A DNA stretch of 64,000 nt, from the NCBI RefSeq assembly GCF_001194135.2, contig NC_069002.1, forward strand, positions 30,357,129 to 30,421,128. The letters are read 5' to 3'. The translations under genes and the position numbers were made by a program. Every line of letters starts with the position of its first letter. Within the stretch, counting starts at the first letter, position 1. Source of the DNA: Octopus bimaculoides. Lineage: Eukaryota. The notes beneath the pieces are model-generated. The model saw only the letters and a list, made by a program, of their open reading frames with translations, was not told the origin of the DNA and did no database searches. Positions 59,801 to 64,000 of the stretch are shown one piece after another.

Positions 59801-61206
59801 CCCAGCAATGGCCCACTCTTGAGTGCATCATCATTCCATTAAATGTGTTTGTGGGGAGAAAAATATTAAAATACATCAATACATGTCAGAGTACGAAGAA
59901 AAGATGAACATATCAGGTGGTCGTGAGATGTGCTAAAAACAGCTAAATATCACCCATAAAAAATTTTTTTGTATTTTCTTTTTTTTGCATAATCGTATGA
60001 ATTCCCCGTGTGTAGAACACAAATTCGCAAAAAGTTTCTGAAAATTCAAAACAATAAAGAAGTTATGAGGCGTTATCTGGGGTGCTTTAACCAGAATTCC
60101 GCCGGGTTCCAAAGGAATGGTTCTCAACCGGGATCCATAAGATTTTCGGGGTCCACACAGCAAAATAGTAAATTGGGGATCCACAATTATTTCAAGAGTC
60201 CCTGAAAAAATCTTGCTTTAGATGTATGTATTGGTACGTATTGCAAGAAACAGTTGGGTTTCTCTAATACTTTACATAGTTGAATCTACACAAGTTAATG
60301 TGTAAAAAACAAAGTAGGACTTTTGAAATTAGTTTCTATAAAGGTAGTTCTTAAACATCGAATAGCTAGGGGATGGGGGCACCAGAATAAAATAGTAATC
60401 AAAGGGGTCCATTTATTTTAAAAAATGGTCAAGAATCCCTGCTCTATGGTCTGAATACCAGTAATGGACTGTGATCGGTTACACGGTATATCTTCATAAG
60501 TGTATCCTCCGAATTTGTTTCCCCCATAACATACAGAAAAATGGATATTTTTAAGTGATATTTTCTGTAAATAGCTATCAGATTATGTAGATCACGGTTA
60601 TATCGGAATTTAATGTGGAAAAAAAATTGGTGAGAGCGTATACACTTACATACTGACACACATCACATCATATTTTACAGAGTTTCAAGTTTCATTTTGT
60701 AATTGTGTGATGTGTGTAGGCATGGCCCTAAATTCTGAATATACCAGTAACGAACTACGATCCATTGGACAGCTCTTTCTTTAATAATAACTACACATAT
60801 AACGATGGACAATTACGCCGATGATGATTGTTAATAATAAAATAACTAATTAACTAAATCCGACGAATCTAAAAGAGCATGCCTTGTTGACGTTTAGCGA
60901 TCGGTCAGCTCCGACAGAGTAGATCTATGTTCAAAGGCCCTCCACCCGTGACAATCCCGTCTTTTCAGGAATAGTTTACCTAAGATAATATCGAATATAT
61001 CCTTTTTTTCTTAAAGTACGTCACTGTTATTTCTAGCAGATCAGAAACGAGCACTATGATAAAGTATCGTTGAAGATCTGTTAATCACTTAATTATAACT
61101 TGGATCTTTATGAACAACAATAGACGGTTGATAGATTCGATGTTAGGAAATTGATAGAACTTACTTTATATTTGTTTTCACCTTGATGGCGAGAAGATTT
61201 TCCCAT
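2135..61206 (-). CDS. UTP20: Small subunit processome component 20 homolog (UTP20/DRIM); 49 coding exons in window, 3' end beyond left edge
   Basis: Exons joined at GT-AG junctions give an uninterrupted 6618-nt frame, collinear with human UTP20 as I recall it (e.g. LVVQLAKDLQHDFYKHF, VPLRYLIGNLFINFKPIWEPV, DIDFFENMKNIK, EIVRVPVALAIVKLL, IFNEDIFGMVAEEK, PESCLIIP). Phases close across all N gaps. Confidence 0.96.
2602..2768 (-). CDS. UTP20: UTP20 exon 48 (ILDSSSNQKTIKKV...LLANSK)
   Basis: cag/gtaagt, 167 nt, phase 0-2. Confidence 0.92.
2895..3353. mobile_element. Tc1/pogo(Tc2)-type MITE
   Basis: 26-bp TIR CCGTAAATCCTCGAGTATAATCCGCA (24/26 match), TA on both flanks. Confidence 0.85.
4103..4270 (-). 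CDS. UTP20: UTP20 exon 47 (IFNEDIFGMVAEEK...IAPLKD)
   Basis: cag/gtaagt, 168 nt, phase 0-0. Confidence 0.96.
4681..4779 (-). CDS. UTP20: UTP20 exon 46 (LHILGFTVHSVL...KSLIE)
   Basis: cag/gtgagt, 99 nt, phase 0-0. Confidence 0.96.
6041..6197 (-). CDS. UTP20: UTP20 exon 45 (VILRICEFLRSR...LSRGYQ)
   Basis: cag/gtaagt, 157 nt, phase 2-0. Confidence 0.96.
7580..8032 (+). mobile_element. SINE family A
   Basis: Full-length diverged copy. Confidence 0.78.
8054..8112. repeat. (TG)n microsatellite
   Basis: Direct reading. Confidence 0.95.
8166..8305 (-). CDS. UTP20: UTP20 exon 44 (VKSESEHKL...RVPVALAIVKLL...SFLP)
   Basis: tag/gtaatt, 140 nt, phase 0-2. Confidence 0.96.
8357..9030. mobile_element. 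Two SINE A copies in opposite orientation (8357-8640 -, 8725-9030 +)
   Basis: Similarity to family A. Confidence 0.7.
9188..9447 (-). CDS. UTP20: UTP20 exon 43 (STEQTG, D/N-rich tract ...YKVLVKK)
   Basis: cag/gtaagg, 260 nt, phase 1-0. Confidence 0.9.
10058..10164 (-). CDS. UTP20: UTP20 exon 42 (VVVTILDRFHFD...LQDNQ)
   Basis: cag/gtttgt, 107 nt, phase 2-1. Confidence 0.88.
10735..11015 (-). CDS. UTP20: UTP20 exon 41 (VQRRSRALRRLA...QKILV)
   Basis: cag/gtgagt, 281 nt, phase 0-2. Confidence 0.96.
11199..11404. repeat. 48-bp minisatellite, ~4.3 copies, starting at exon 40 donor
   Basis: Unit ~GCAAGCTTTCTCATCATGCTATTCCAACAATTGCAACACCCTCCCCTT. Confidence 0.9.
11405..11542 (-). CDS. UTP20: UTP20 exon 40 (GICREYF...DIDFFENMKNIK)
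   Basis: cag/gtaaga, 138 nt, phase 0-0. Confidence 0.96.
11850..12100. repeat. Compound (GAT/GGT)n microsatellite
   Basis: Direct reading. Confidence 0.9.
12140..12295 (-). CDS. UTP20: UTP20 exon 39 (VDDLSIRNSSTQCL...KNPIQ)
   Basis: cag/gtaaga, 156 nt, phase 0-0. Confidence 0.94.
12322..12408. repeat. 20-bp perfect tandem repeat x4.3 (ATATAAGACAGAGAAATAAG)
   Basis: Direct reading; lies upstream of exon 39 acceptor. Confidence 0.95.
12680..13315 (+). mobile_element. Decayed Tc1/mariner transposase fragment (DD37D/maT-like)
   Basis: TKFSQTVMVF..ISREGDVMP.HIFE; RPYVKQQD*APCH; FWPPN (WPPxSPDL-like); frameshifted. Confidence 0.8.
13331..13702 (-). mobile_element. SINE family A
   Basis: Near-consensus copy. 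Confidence 0.82.
14052..14207 (-). CDS. UTP20: UTP20 exon 38 (LNSWNPKKLEEIDYDRRL...CHFIST)
   Basis: tag/gtcagt, 156 nt, phase 0-0. Confidence 0.93.
15107..15160 (-). CDS. UTP20: UTP20 exon 37 (KLSLKDENLKDIGEVLCG)
   Basis: cag/gtaagt, 54 nt, phase 0-0. Confidence 0.87.
15712..15880 (-). mobile_element. RTE LINE 3' end fragment
   Basis: Matches 45730-45960 (ccatgagggcccaacattc...tcaccac). Confidence 0.6.
16193..16262 (-). CDS. UTP20: UTP20 exon 36 (QMTHLLFTINHEEPKKLLYDVIL)
   Basis: cag/gtaagt, 70 nt, phase 2-0. Confidence 0.9.
17581..17657 (-). CDS. UTP20: UTP20 exon 35 (EMEIDLLNSILNLLTHVEKPPSLLF)
   Basis: aag/gtaatt, 77 nt, phase 0-2. Confidence 0.9.
18047..18355 (-). mobile_element. Retroposon family C (GGCGTTAGGAAGGGCATCCAGC core, (ATG)n tail)
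   Basis: About 20 copies, e.g. 6625-6850, 15970-16130, 22390-22662, 23240-23545, 32168-32460, 33580-34140, 41475-41795, 55300-55576. Confidence 0.78.
18494..18553. repeat. 20-bp tandem repeat x3 (TGTACCTCATATTCTTGCCA)
   Basis: Direct reading. Confidence 0.9.
18872..18962 (-). CDS. UTP20: UTP20 exon 34 (ISADVTDSRLCSDLVRLLLPFLIKKIPRTT)
   Basis: cag/gtaagt, 91 nt, phase 2-0. Confidence 0.93.
19290..19397 (-). ncRNA. Type-I hammerhead ribozyme motif, canonical core, Penelope-like
   Basis: CUGAUGA (19384-19378), long stem II, GAAA (19320-19317), palindromic ACAUAUGU stem III, GUA triplet, stem I UUCC/GGAA, then AAUAAA. Confidence 0.8.
19679..19815. repeat. Compound (CTA)n/(TAA)n microsatellite
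   Basis: Direct reading. Confidence 0.9.
19838..19967 (-). CDS. UTP20: UTP20 exon 33 (LGTEILKPH...RELSILS)
   Basis: cag/gtacgt, 130 nt, phase 1-2. Confidence 0.9.
20885..21100 (-). mobile_element. SINE family B (central GCCTTTCATCCTTTCGGGGTTGATAAATTAAGTACC domain)
   Basis: Repeated at 20740-20870, 34190-34970 (split by MITE), 37160-37380, 43550-44065, 47570-47790, 48900-49100. Confidence 0.72.
21181..21407 (-). CDS. UTP20: UTP20 exon 32 (LFPCFLKTK...HSQDVK)
   Basis: cag/gtttgc, 227 nt, phase 2-1; donor is the only frame-compatible one I saw. Confidence 0.85.
21746..21825 (-). CDS. UTP20: UTP20 exon 31 (IETLPKDCLSGPTFLLRLFNIWSKNP)
   Basis: tag/gtaagt, 80 nt, phase 0-2. Confidence 0.94.
22965..23042 (-). 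CDS. UTP20: UTP20 exon 30 (FFTVFETYSFTPQDIDSIFDVVVWPK)
   Basis: cag/gtgagt, 78 nt, phase 0-0. Confidence 0.94.
24008..24290. repeat. GA-rich polypurine tract (similar one at 29015-29165)
   Basis: Direct reading. Confidence 0.88.
24381..24576 (-). CDS. UTP20: UTP20 exon 29 (FSNLIWLILRKLG...LRLYQ)
   Basis: tag (A/C-rich acceptor)/gtgagt, 196 nt, phase 2-0. Confidence 0.88.
24690..24960 (+). mobile_element. Two tandem copies of RTE-type 3' end
   Basis: gagaccttgg..atgcttgagaagac..gtcaagccaagt unit repeated; reverse complement of 45730-45790. Confidence 0.55.
25097..25482 (-). mobile_element. SINE family A
   Basis: Near-consensus full-length copy. Confidence 0.85.
25596..25668 (-). CDS. UTP20: UTP20 exon 28 (YSSFEELKNSINLTKVFPPSLFQ)
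   Basis: tag/gtaaaa, 73 nt, phase 1-2. Confidence 0.87.
26385..26772 (-). mobile_element. SINE family A
   Basis: Near-consensus full-length copy. Confidence 0.85.
26869..27011 (-). CDS. UTP20: UTP20 exon 27 (ILCGVLKNKK...PWLDFSS)
   Basis: tag/gtaagt, 143 nt, phase 2-1. Confidence 0.9.
27107..27520 (-). mobile_element. SINE family A (diverged)
   Basis: Similarity to family A. Confidence 0.75.
28110..28235 (-). CDS. UTP20: UTP20 exon 26 (ENLIHILENKGFRAE...FQILS)
   Basis: cag/gtaaga, 126 nt, phase 2-2. Confidence 0.93.
29180..29265 (-). CDS. UTP20: UTP20 exon 25 (FLQHKELKVQKMAFECLMTFPNKDVNPY)
   Basis: cag/gtgagt, 86 nt, phase 0-2. Confidence 0.94.
29656..29850. mobile_element. Short Tc2/pogo-type MITE
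   Basis: Imperfect TIR CCGTATTTGATGGCATA.AAGAT.CAC. Confidence 0.65.
29921..30011 (-). CDS. UTP20: UTP20 exon 24 (QLLNHFVLFSKF...ELYNK)
   Basis: cag/gtaacc, 91 nt, phase 2-0. Confidence 0.93.
30765..31054. mobile_element. Foldback element (second family), truncated by assembly gap
   Basis: Imperfect ~105-nt arms 30836-30940 / 30948-31054; starts after a (TA)n tract. Confidence 0.7.
30884..30934 (-). ncRNA. Type-I hammerhead motif, G3-C8 variant, stem II decayed
   Basis: UUUGUCA-GUGAUCA-G-AUCAU-GGUCUCAAA-GCGAC-GAAA-AUAUUU-UGGCAAA; 7-bp stem I, AAUAUU palindrome. Confidence 0.55.
32595..33164 (-). CDS. UTP20: UTP20 exon 23 (NEYYQVD... long acidic tract ...KKKKRKRKKK...EPAIL)
   Basis: cag/gtaagt, 570 nt, phase 2-2, open throughout. 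Confidence 0.9.
34321..34883. mobile_element. MITE with ~37-bp GG-terminated TIRs, 8-bp TSD and internal telomeric palindrome
   Basis: TIR GGATC(T)6-7AAAACGGGGGCCACATTTTTCATTAA; TSD GGGTGATG at 34313-34320 and 34884-34891; interrupts a SINE. Confidence 0.9.
35000..35243 (-). CDS. UTP20: UTP20 exon 22 (GSVPAPSV...LSPILFRFV)
   Basis: tag/gtatgt, 244 nt, phase 1-2. Confidence 0.92.
35341..35884. mobile_element. Three head-to-tail copies of piggyBac-type MITE D
   Basis: Units separated at TTAA (35480, 35673). Confidence 0.7.
36929..37085 (-). CDS. UTP20: UTP20 exon 21 (VPLRYLIGNLF...KCASVC)
   Basis: cag/gtaagt, 157 nt, phase 0-1. Confidence 0.96.
37419..37468. repeat. Poly(A) 50-mer (poly-U in intron 20 pre-mRNA)
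   Basis: Direct reading. Confidence 0.9.
37505..37660 (-). CDS. UTP20: UTP20 exon 20 (SLSQPGVFRICLDAEKTPPTVHDFRE...RFEQ)
   Basis: cag/gttagt, 156 nt, phase 0-0. Confidence 0.93.
37838..38077. mobile_element. hAT-type MITE (240 bp)
   Basis: 15-bp perfect TIR CAGGGCTGTGGAGTC, 8-bp TSD ATCATAAG, subterminal GACTCC repeats. Confidence 0.9.
38269..38821. mobile_element. hAT (Charlie-like) MITE
   Basis: Termini CAGTGGTTCTCAA / TTGAAAACCTCTG; flanks AGGTAGGA / ATGTAGAA (6/8); relatives at 60116-60441 and 54056-54130. Confidence 0.7.
39100..39165 (-). CDS. UTP20: UTP20 exon 19 (IRLLTLQILSQFHLKLPFLEDP)
   Basis: tag/gtaagt, 66 nt, phase 0-0. Confidence 0.93.
39600..39980 (+). mobile_element. SINE family A (diverged)
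   Basis: Similarity to family A. Confidence 0.75.
40206..40359 (-). CDS. UTP20: UTP20 exon 18 (CCSNSVRALQITDLYF...ANLSHYSHT)
   Basis: cag/gtgagt, 154 nt, phase 2-0. Confidence 0.92.
42016..42121 (-). CDS. UTP20: UTP20 exon 17 (LQLSILHEAAL...KIKSLL)
   Basis: tag/gtaagt, 106 nt, phase 1-2. Confidence 0.88.
42359..42746 (-). mobile_element. Full-length tRNA-derived SINE with 13-bp TSD
   Basis: Head GGAGGCGCAATGGCCCAGTGGTTAGGG (A box) and GTTTCGATTCC (B box); TSD ACACAAACCATAT at 42346-42358 / 42747-42759. Confidence 0.9.
42819..42910 (-). CDS. UTP20: UTP20 exon 16 (CSDADFSVLQHTIDGLWCQVTESEETSPIK)
   Basis: cag/gtgaga, 92 nt, phase 2-1. Confidence 0.86.
44095..44223 (-). CDS. UTP20: UTP20 exon 15 (SAGSKK...LLWAALVCIPNI)
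   Basis: aag/gtaaat, 129 nt, phase 2-2; WAALV motif. Confidence 0.88.
44635..44845. repeat. ~23-bp degenerate minisatellite (CCCTTAATACTGCAAAAATCCAC) x~9
   Basis: Direct reading. Confidence 0.88.
45222..45406 (-). CDS. UTP20: UTP20 exon 14 (SVLASLIDFI...RTSVK)
   Basis: cag/gtaact, 185 nt, phase 0-2. Confidence 0.88.
45726..46640 (-). mobile_element. 5'-truncated RTE-clade LINE (C-terminal RT region plus 3' end)
   Basis: ORF 46121-46594: NSIQCTRCKLWMHKRC; LEVVNSFCYPGD; RIAWAEFRE; LYDTCVRTAMLHGSETW. Confidence 0.85.
46751..46828 (-). CDS. UTP20: UTP20 exon 13 (SFGHRFPSNQIYPFAKTLFTEPFFEE)
   Basis: cag/gtcagt, 78 nt, phase 0-0. Confidence 0.87.
47376..47513 (-). CDS. UTP20: UTP20 exon 12 (VLCTVLNSSP...EVINL)
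   Basis: cag/gtaagt, 138 nt, phase 0-0. Confidence 0.9.
47824..48205 (+). mobile_element. 5'-truncated R4/Dong-type non-LTR retrotransposon (restriction-like endonuclease end)
   Basis: CQIIDVALPND; KITKYSEL (K..KY); KVIPVVIGALGS; LQKAALLGT; abuts (TAA)n 47790-47823. Confidence 0.75.
48226..48500. repeat. Interspersed repeat family F
   Basis: Near-identical to 53155-53460 and partly 39295-39410. Confidence 0.75.
49401..49541 (-). CDS. UTP20: UTP20 exon 11 (SHVKLRQKLW...PDAVAE)
   Basis: cag/gtaagt, 141 nt, phase 0-0. Confidence 0.9.
50067..50132 (+). ncRNA. Type-I hammerhead motif, canonical core, antisense to UTP20
   Basis: CUGAUGA 50074-50080, 13-bp stem II with 2x2 internal loop, GAAA 50116-50119, ACUAGU palindrome, GUU triplet, stem I with one C-A mismatch. 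Confidence 0.72.
50532..50699 (-). CDS. UTP20: UTP20 exon 10 (IFPLILRRIGP...LWPILL)
   Basis: cag/gtaagt, 168 nt, phase 0-0. Confidence 0.92.
51133..51615. mobile_element. Two tandem copies of piggyBac-type MITE family E
   Basis: 51133-51362 and 51386-51615, TTAA-CCCTTT...AAAGGG-TTAA; fragments at 1165-1295, 7440-7566, 27540-27620, 44900-45090, 59180-59575. Confidence 0.78.
51958..52335 (-). mobile_element. SINE family A (diverged)
   Basis: Similarity to family A; further partial copies at 5330-5630, 22690-22925, 36025-36190, 61680-61990. Confidence 0.75.
52643..52829. repeat. Long inverted repeat (~82-bp stem, 15-nt loop)
   Basis: Arms 52643-52732 / 52748-52829 nearly perfect apart from an 8-nt duplication in the left arm. 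Confidence 0.85.
53051..53128 (-). CDS. UTP20: UTP20 exon 9 (YILGIGRLLFEVMKGVQQHMHSCAET)
   Basis: cag/gtgaga, 78 nt, phase 0-0. Confidence 0.94.
53891..53950 (-). CDS. UTP20: UTP20 exon 8 (VKDPDRVLDLIFESFNHRSQ)
   Basis: cag/gtaagt, 60 nt, phase 0-0. Confidence 0.92.
54280..54364 (-). CDS. UTP20: UTP20 exon 7 (YYSPILDANNRPYIRRFAAESFGFLIRK)
   Basis: cag/gtaaat, 85 nt, phase 2-0. Confidence 0.95.
55602..55796 (-). CDS. UTP20: UTP20 exon 6 (LVVQLAKDLQ...KDIKTVF)
   Basis: cag/gtaaga, 195 nt, phase 2-2. Confidence 0.96.
56185..56541 (+). mobile_element. tRNA-derived SINE, same family as 42359-42746, short internal deletions
   Basis: High identity to reverse complement of 42359-42746; older copy at ~20300-20620. 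Confidence 0.88.
56758..56828 (-). CDS. UTP20: UTP20 exon 5 (DQIVATLIKHLSVPNSMAYEALL)
   Basis: cag/gtaagt, 71 nt, phase 0-2. Confidence 0.93.
56882..57132. mobile_element. Foldback element: inverted pair of Penelope-like terminal repeats
   Basis: 103-nt arms 56882-56984 / 56999-57101, 14-nt loop; 15-bp direct repeat ATAAGTTTAACCCTT at 56869-56883 and 57133-57147. Confidence 0.75.
56931..56976 (-). ncRNA. Minimal hammerhead motif, U3-A8 variant, in left arm of foldback
   Basis: GACAC-UUGACAA-A-GGCUG-GAGGGUAUAU-CAGCC-GAAA-CGUU-GUGUU; ACGU palindrome. Confidence 0.6.
57357..57418 (-). CDS. UTP20: UTP20 exon 4 (TFVADIASQSRTFVQLVHHE)
   Basis: cag/gtaaga, 62 nt, phase 1-0. Confidence 0.92.
57659..57725 (-). 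CDS. UTP20: UTP20 exon 3 (DYETYFQAALIKWTSLNHTNDY)
   Basis: cag/gtaagt, 67 nt, phase 0-1. Confidence 0.93.
57806..58060 (+). mobile_element. RTE LINE 3' fragment
   Basis: GKGRPRKMWDELVK..TRDWEMWR (GRP..W motif); homologous to 45726-46030. Confidence 0.75.
58270..58635 (-). mobile_element. RTE LINE 3' fragment, inverted relative to 57806-58060
   Basis: Similar to + strand text of 45890-46230. Confidence 0.65.
58737..58817 (-). CDS. UTP20: UTP20 exon 2 (FKKFSDRVAAVKIDVVHKIRQPIEDSE)
   Basis: tag/gtaaga, 81 nt, phase 0-0. Confidence 0.93.
58945..59172. mobile_element. piggyBac-type MITE family D
   Basis: TTAA + C(C/T)CTTTA...CTAAAGGG + TTAA; other copies 1490-2076, 20073-20243, 23688-23913, 27635-27852, 57139-57240. 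Confidence 0.75.
59578..60100. mobile_element. Foldback-type MITE with ~120-bp imperfect TIRs (GGAATTCTGG...CCAGAATTCC)
   Basis: 59578-59700 is the reverse complement of ~59985-60100; no TSD found. Confidence 0.75.
60116..60441. mobile_element. hAT (Charlie-like) MITE, same family as 38269-38821
   Basis: Collinear similarity; ends AAGAATCCCTG. Confidence 0.65.
61165..61206 (-). CDS. UTP20: UTP20 exon 1 (MGKSSRHQGENKYK)
   Basis: caaaATGG start context, gtaagt donor, resembles N-terminal H-x-x-EN motif of UTP20. Confidence 0.88.
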
Positions 61207-61510
61207 TTTGCAAGTTTCTGTTGTCCTGAATCAAGACAAAACATTTAAAGGGAAATGTTGATAACACGTGCGTTGCGATGGAAGATCGCAGAGAGCGTGG
61301 CAGATAAGGGGGAATAACTAGCAATTACAATTATAAAACTGCCTGGGTTTTTTTCTTTTTAAATTTTATGTGACAAATTTGTTAGCATTTCGGGCAGAAA
61401 TACTTAGCCATACCTCGTCGATCTTTACGGTTTTTGTTTCGTTATGGCCTGATTCCAATTCGGGTCTTTCGTTTTGAGTTCATATTCCGACGACGTCTCC
61501 ATAAAATTTA
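61207..61510 (-). promoter_or_regulatory. Putative UTP20 5'UTR/promoter, locally CpG-rich, E-box CACGTG at 61265-61270
   Basis: Non-repeat sequence directly upstream of the ATG; many CpGs compared with the introns; single CACGTG 59 nt upstream of ATG. TSS not determinable. Confidence 0.55.
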
Positions 61511-63199
61511 GGCATACCTACACAAGAGTACCCCTTCCCCATCTTCCAGAGAAATAAATATTGTTTAATGAAATTTTCAACAAATATGTTTCAGATGATG
61601 TAGATTTTCAATTATATCGAAATTTGGGTAAATTTTCATATTAACACCCGCACGAATTGATATGAAAATTTACCAGAATAAGTCCGGTGGGGGGAGATTT
61701 GTTCGATTAAAAGGCGGTGCTCCAGCATTGCCGCAGTCAAATGACTGAAACAAATAAAAGAGTAAAGAGTATTTAAAAAAAAAAATTACGAGGAAATAAA
61801 GCTAATTCATGTGAATTTTTCGAAACCGCTCTCCCTTCTCATAGAAACTTTTTTTTTTCACTACAAATTTCGGCACACACACAAACATATACATATATAT
61901 ACGACCGGCTTCTTTCAGTTTCCGTCTAATCCATCACAACCCAAGGCTATAGTAGAAGACACTTGCCCAAGGTGCCACGTAACCACTCCAGCGCCTGTTA
62001 CAAATCTAACATTTTATTATTATTCCAATATAATCGGAATCTACACCATCTGAAGCATATTTATTGAAAACTTCACTTAAGAAATATCCATTTTCCTGGA
62101 AGTTATGAGAAGAGAGAATCAGTGGGGGGGGGGAAGAGGCACACTTGTGTAGTTATGCCAAAATTAGTAACAGTTGAGCACTGGGGTCGATATAATTGAC
62201 TGACCCCCTCACCCGAAATTGCTGGCCGTTTGCCAATGTTTGAAACAAGGCAACATCGTCTCCACCATGGACTAGTTCCATCAGGGAGATGGATGAAGCT
62301 CTGTCACAGTGAAGAGAGCTTGGTTTGTCAGTTCCTGTTACTGTTTGAAGATAGACGGAAGCAAAGAGTATGGGACAATCTGCGTTCAGGTGCCACCTTT
62401 CAACTCTCTCCTTGATCAATCTGATTGACTTTCAAGGTGCCACCTACTTTCTGCTCGTGCAAAATTCTAGGGACACTGGATTGATGCTCTGCTTATGACC
62501 AACATTTGAGGTCTACTCAGTCAAGATGATCTCCGCATCTCCATCGCACTCAGATGACTGTGGTGTCTCTGTTATAAGCCCCTTGACTCCACAGGTCTGC
62601 ATGATCTTTCATGCCGCTTAAATGCGGATCTGCCATTAATTATAATTATATACTTAAAAATTAATTTTACCGATATGGTGGCTTTTATACTCTAGCCACT
62701 GATATAATTACTTTAATGATTATTCTCAATTTATATGTATAGATATATATGTATCTATATCTGTATATATAGATGTGTGTGTGTATGCGTGCTTTCGCGC
62801 GCGCGAACCATGTCATCAGCAATAATCATCATCATCATCATCATCATCATCTTCACAACAAGAAGCAACTGTTGCTATGCTTCTGAAATTGTGTAAGTGT
62901 GTGTATGTGTGTGGGGGGTTCTTTTGCAAGATATACTAATTTTGGCGGTAAGGACTGCACCCATTGTTTCATTACCACAATTAAAAATAAATTCGAAGGA
63001 TTAACATCGCACAAGTTCATACATTATTTCCGTAAACTCTAATTGAAATCAAGAAGCTCCCGCAACCATCCCATCAGCAACAACCATCATCGTCTTCTTC
63101 ACAATATTTGTACCCTTTAAAAAGTAGCTGTTGCTATTTTTCTGAATTTATTTTACATTGTGTACTCCCAGATTGGTACTCTTACTGTACCTTACACCA

Positions 63200-64000
63200 G
63201 AGAACATTATAGATTATCGGAAGACATATTGCCAATGAAAAAACGTGTGCTTGCACACATTCGATGAATTTTCAAAATTCTAGCCGTTCTGTTGACGGGT
63301 TTGTCATTAGAAAATGCGCTAAATGTAAAAGAGAACTCTTTCCATCAAGAAAGGTACATTTACAGAAAACTCTAAGTTGCCATTATATGTAATTTTTCAT
63401 TTAGTGTTTGATTTTATTTTCGAATTGATTGTGACGATATCTGCAAGTATGAATTGCATCGATATAAAAACTGCCGTTCAGTGGTACCCGTTCTGAAGGG
63501 ATGTTTGTTCGGCAAAACTGTTGCAGGATAAAACTCCCATTAGTGGTCCGGATCAAATAGTGGAGATCGATGAAAGCTTGCTCTTCAATAACAAGAACAA
63601 TCTAGGAAGAATGTGTCGGAAAACTTGGGTTGTCGGATGTTATGACACCACAACCAAAAAAGGATTTCTTCAACGTGTACCCGATAGGAGTACAGAGACG
63701 CTGGAGAATGTTATTAGACAAAACGTTCTTCCAGGACGGAATACCCTAACCCTAAAACCCTAACTCTAACCCTAAAACCCTAACCCTGACCCTAAAACCC
63801 TAACCCTAACACCCTAGTGAAAATCGTGCGGGTGTTAATCTGAAAATTGGCCCTACTGTTATGACTGACAATTTGGCAAGCTATTGTAATCTCCAAATAT
63901 TCGGTTACATTCACCATACGGTAAAATCATTCCCAAAATTTCAGAGATCAGTCACCGGGGTATGTACAAATCAGCGGAGGATCATGCACCGCAACCCTCT
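63200..64000 (+). mobile_element. Decayed Merlin/IS1595(ISXO2)-type transposase
   Basis: DG..(R)C.KC and SIKKGTF..NSKLP N-terminal motifs; W.PF*RDVC; GPDQIVEIDES; WVVG; VPDRS..TL; TVMTD..ASY..L..GYIHHTV; stops, frameshifts and an insertion. Confidence 0.82.

Noticed and set aside
62153-62650. Divergent gene or ORF upstream of UTP20
   Set aside because: Short ORFs with stops and no recognisable product or splice pattern; probably a degraded repeat
62785-62825. Minus-strand CTGATGA...GAAA around (CG)n
   Set aside because: Microsatellite-derived; no stem III or stem I
63744-63816. True telomere or chromosome-fusion site (also 34561-34592)
   Set aside because: Very short arrays embedded in transposon sequence

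Overview
AT-rich, microsatellite- and SINE-dense animal genomic DNA. The repeat complement looks like a cephalopod (Octopus-type); this is inference, not a database result. The window is almost entirely the 5' ~80% of one large minus-strand gene, UTP20 (SSU processome HEAT-repeat protein). I traced 49 GT-AG coding exons from the ATG at 61206 to 2135; their phases join into one open frame of 6618 nt (2206 codons), and the gene continues past the left edge. Introns hold several tRNA-derived SINE families, piggyBac-, hAT- and Tc1/pogo-type MITEs, RTE and R4/Dong LINE fragments and a decayed mariner transposase. A decayed Merlin/IS1595-type transposase lies upstream of the gene. Main discovery: four unrelated intronic sequences each fold into a type-I hammerhead ribozyme motif with the palindromic stem III typical of Penelope-like elements. 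They show three states of the 3-8 tertiary pair (C-G twice, G-C, U-A), and three of the four lie on the UTP20 pre-mRNA strand. The copy at 19290-19397 has an intact core, a GUA cleavage triplet and AATAAA 2 nt past the cut site. Also notable: long foldback hairpins, GG-terminated elements carrying telomeric repeats, and recurrent tandem duplications of 5' splice sites. All structures were folded by eye and none is tested.
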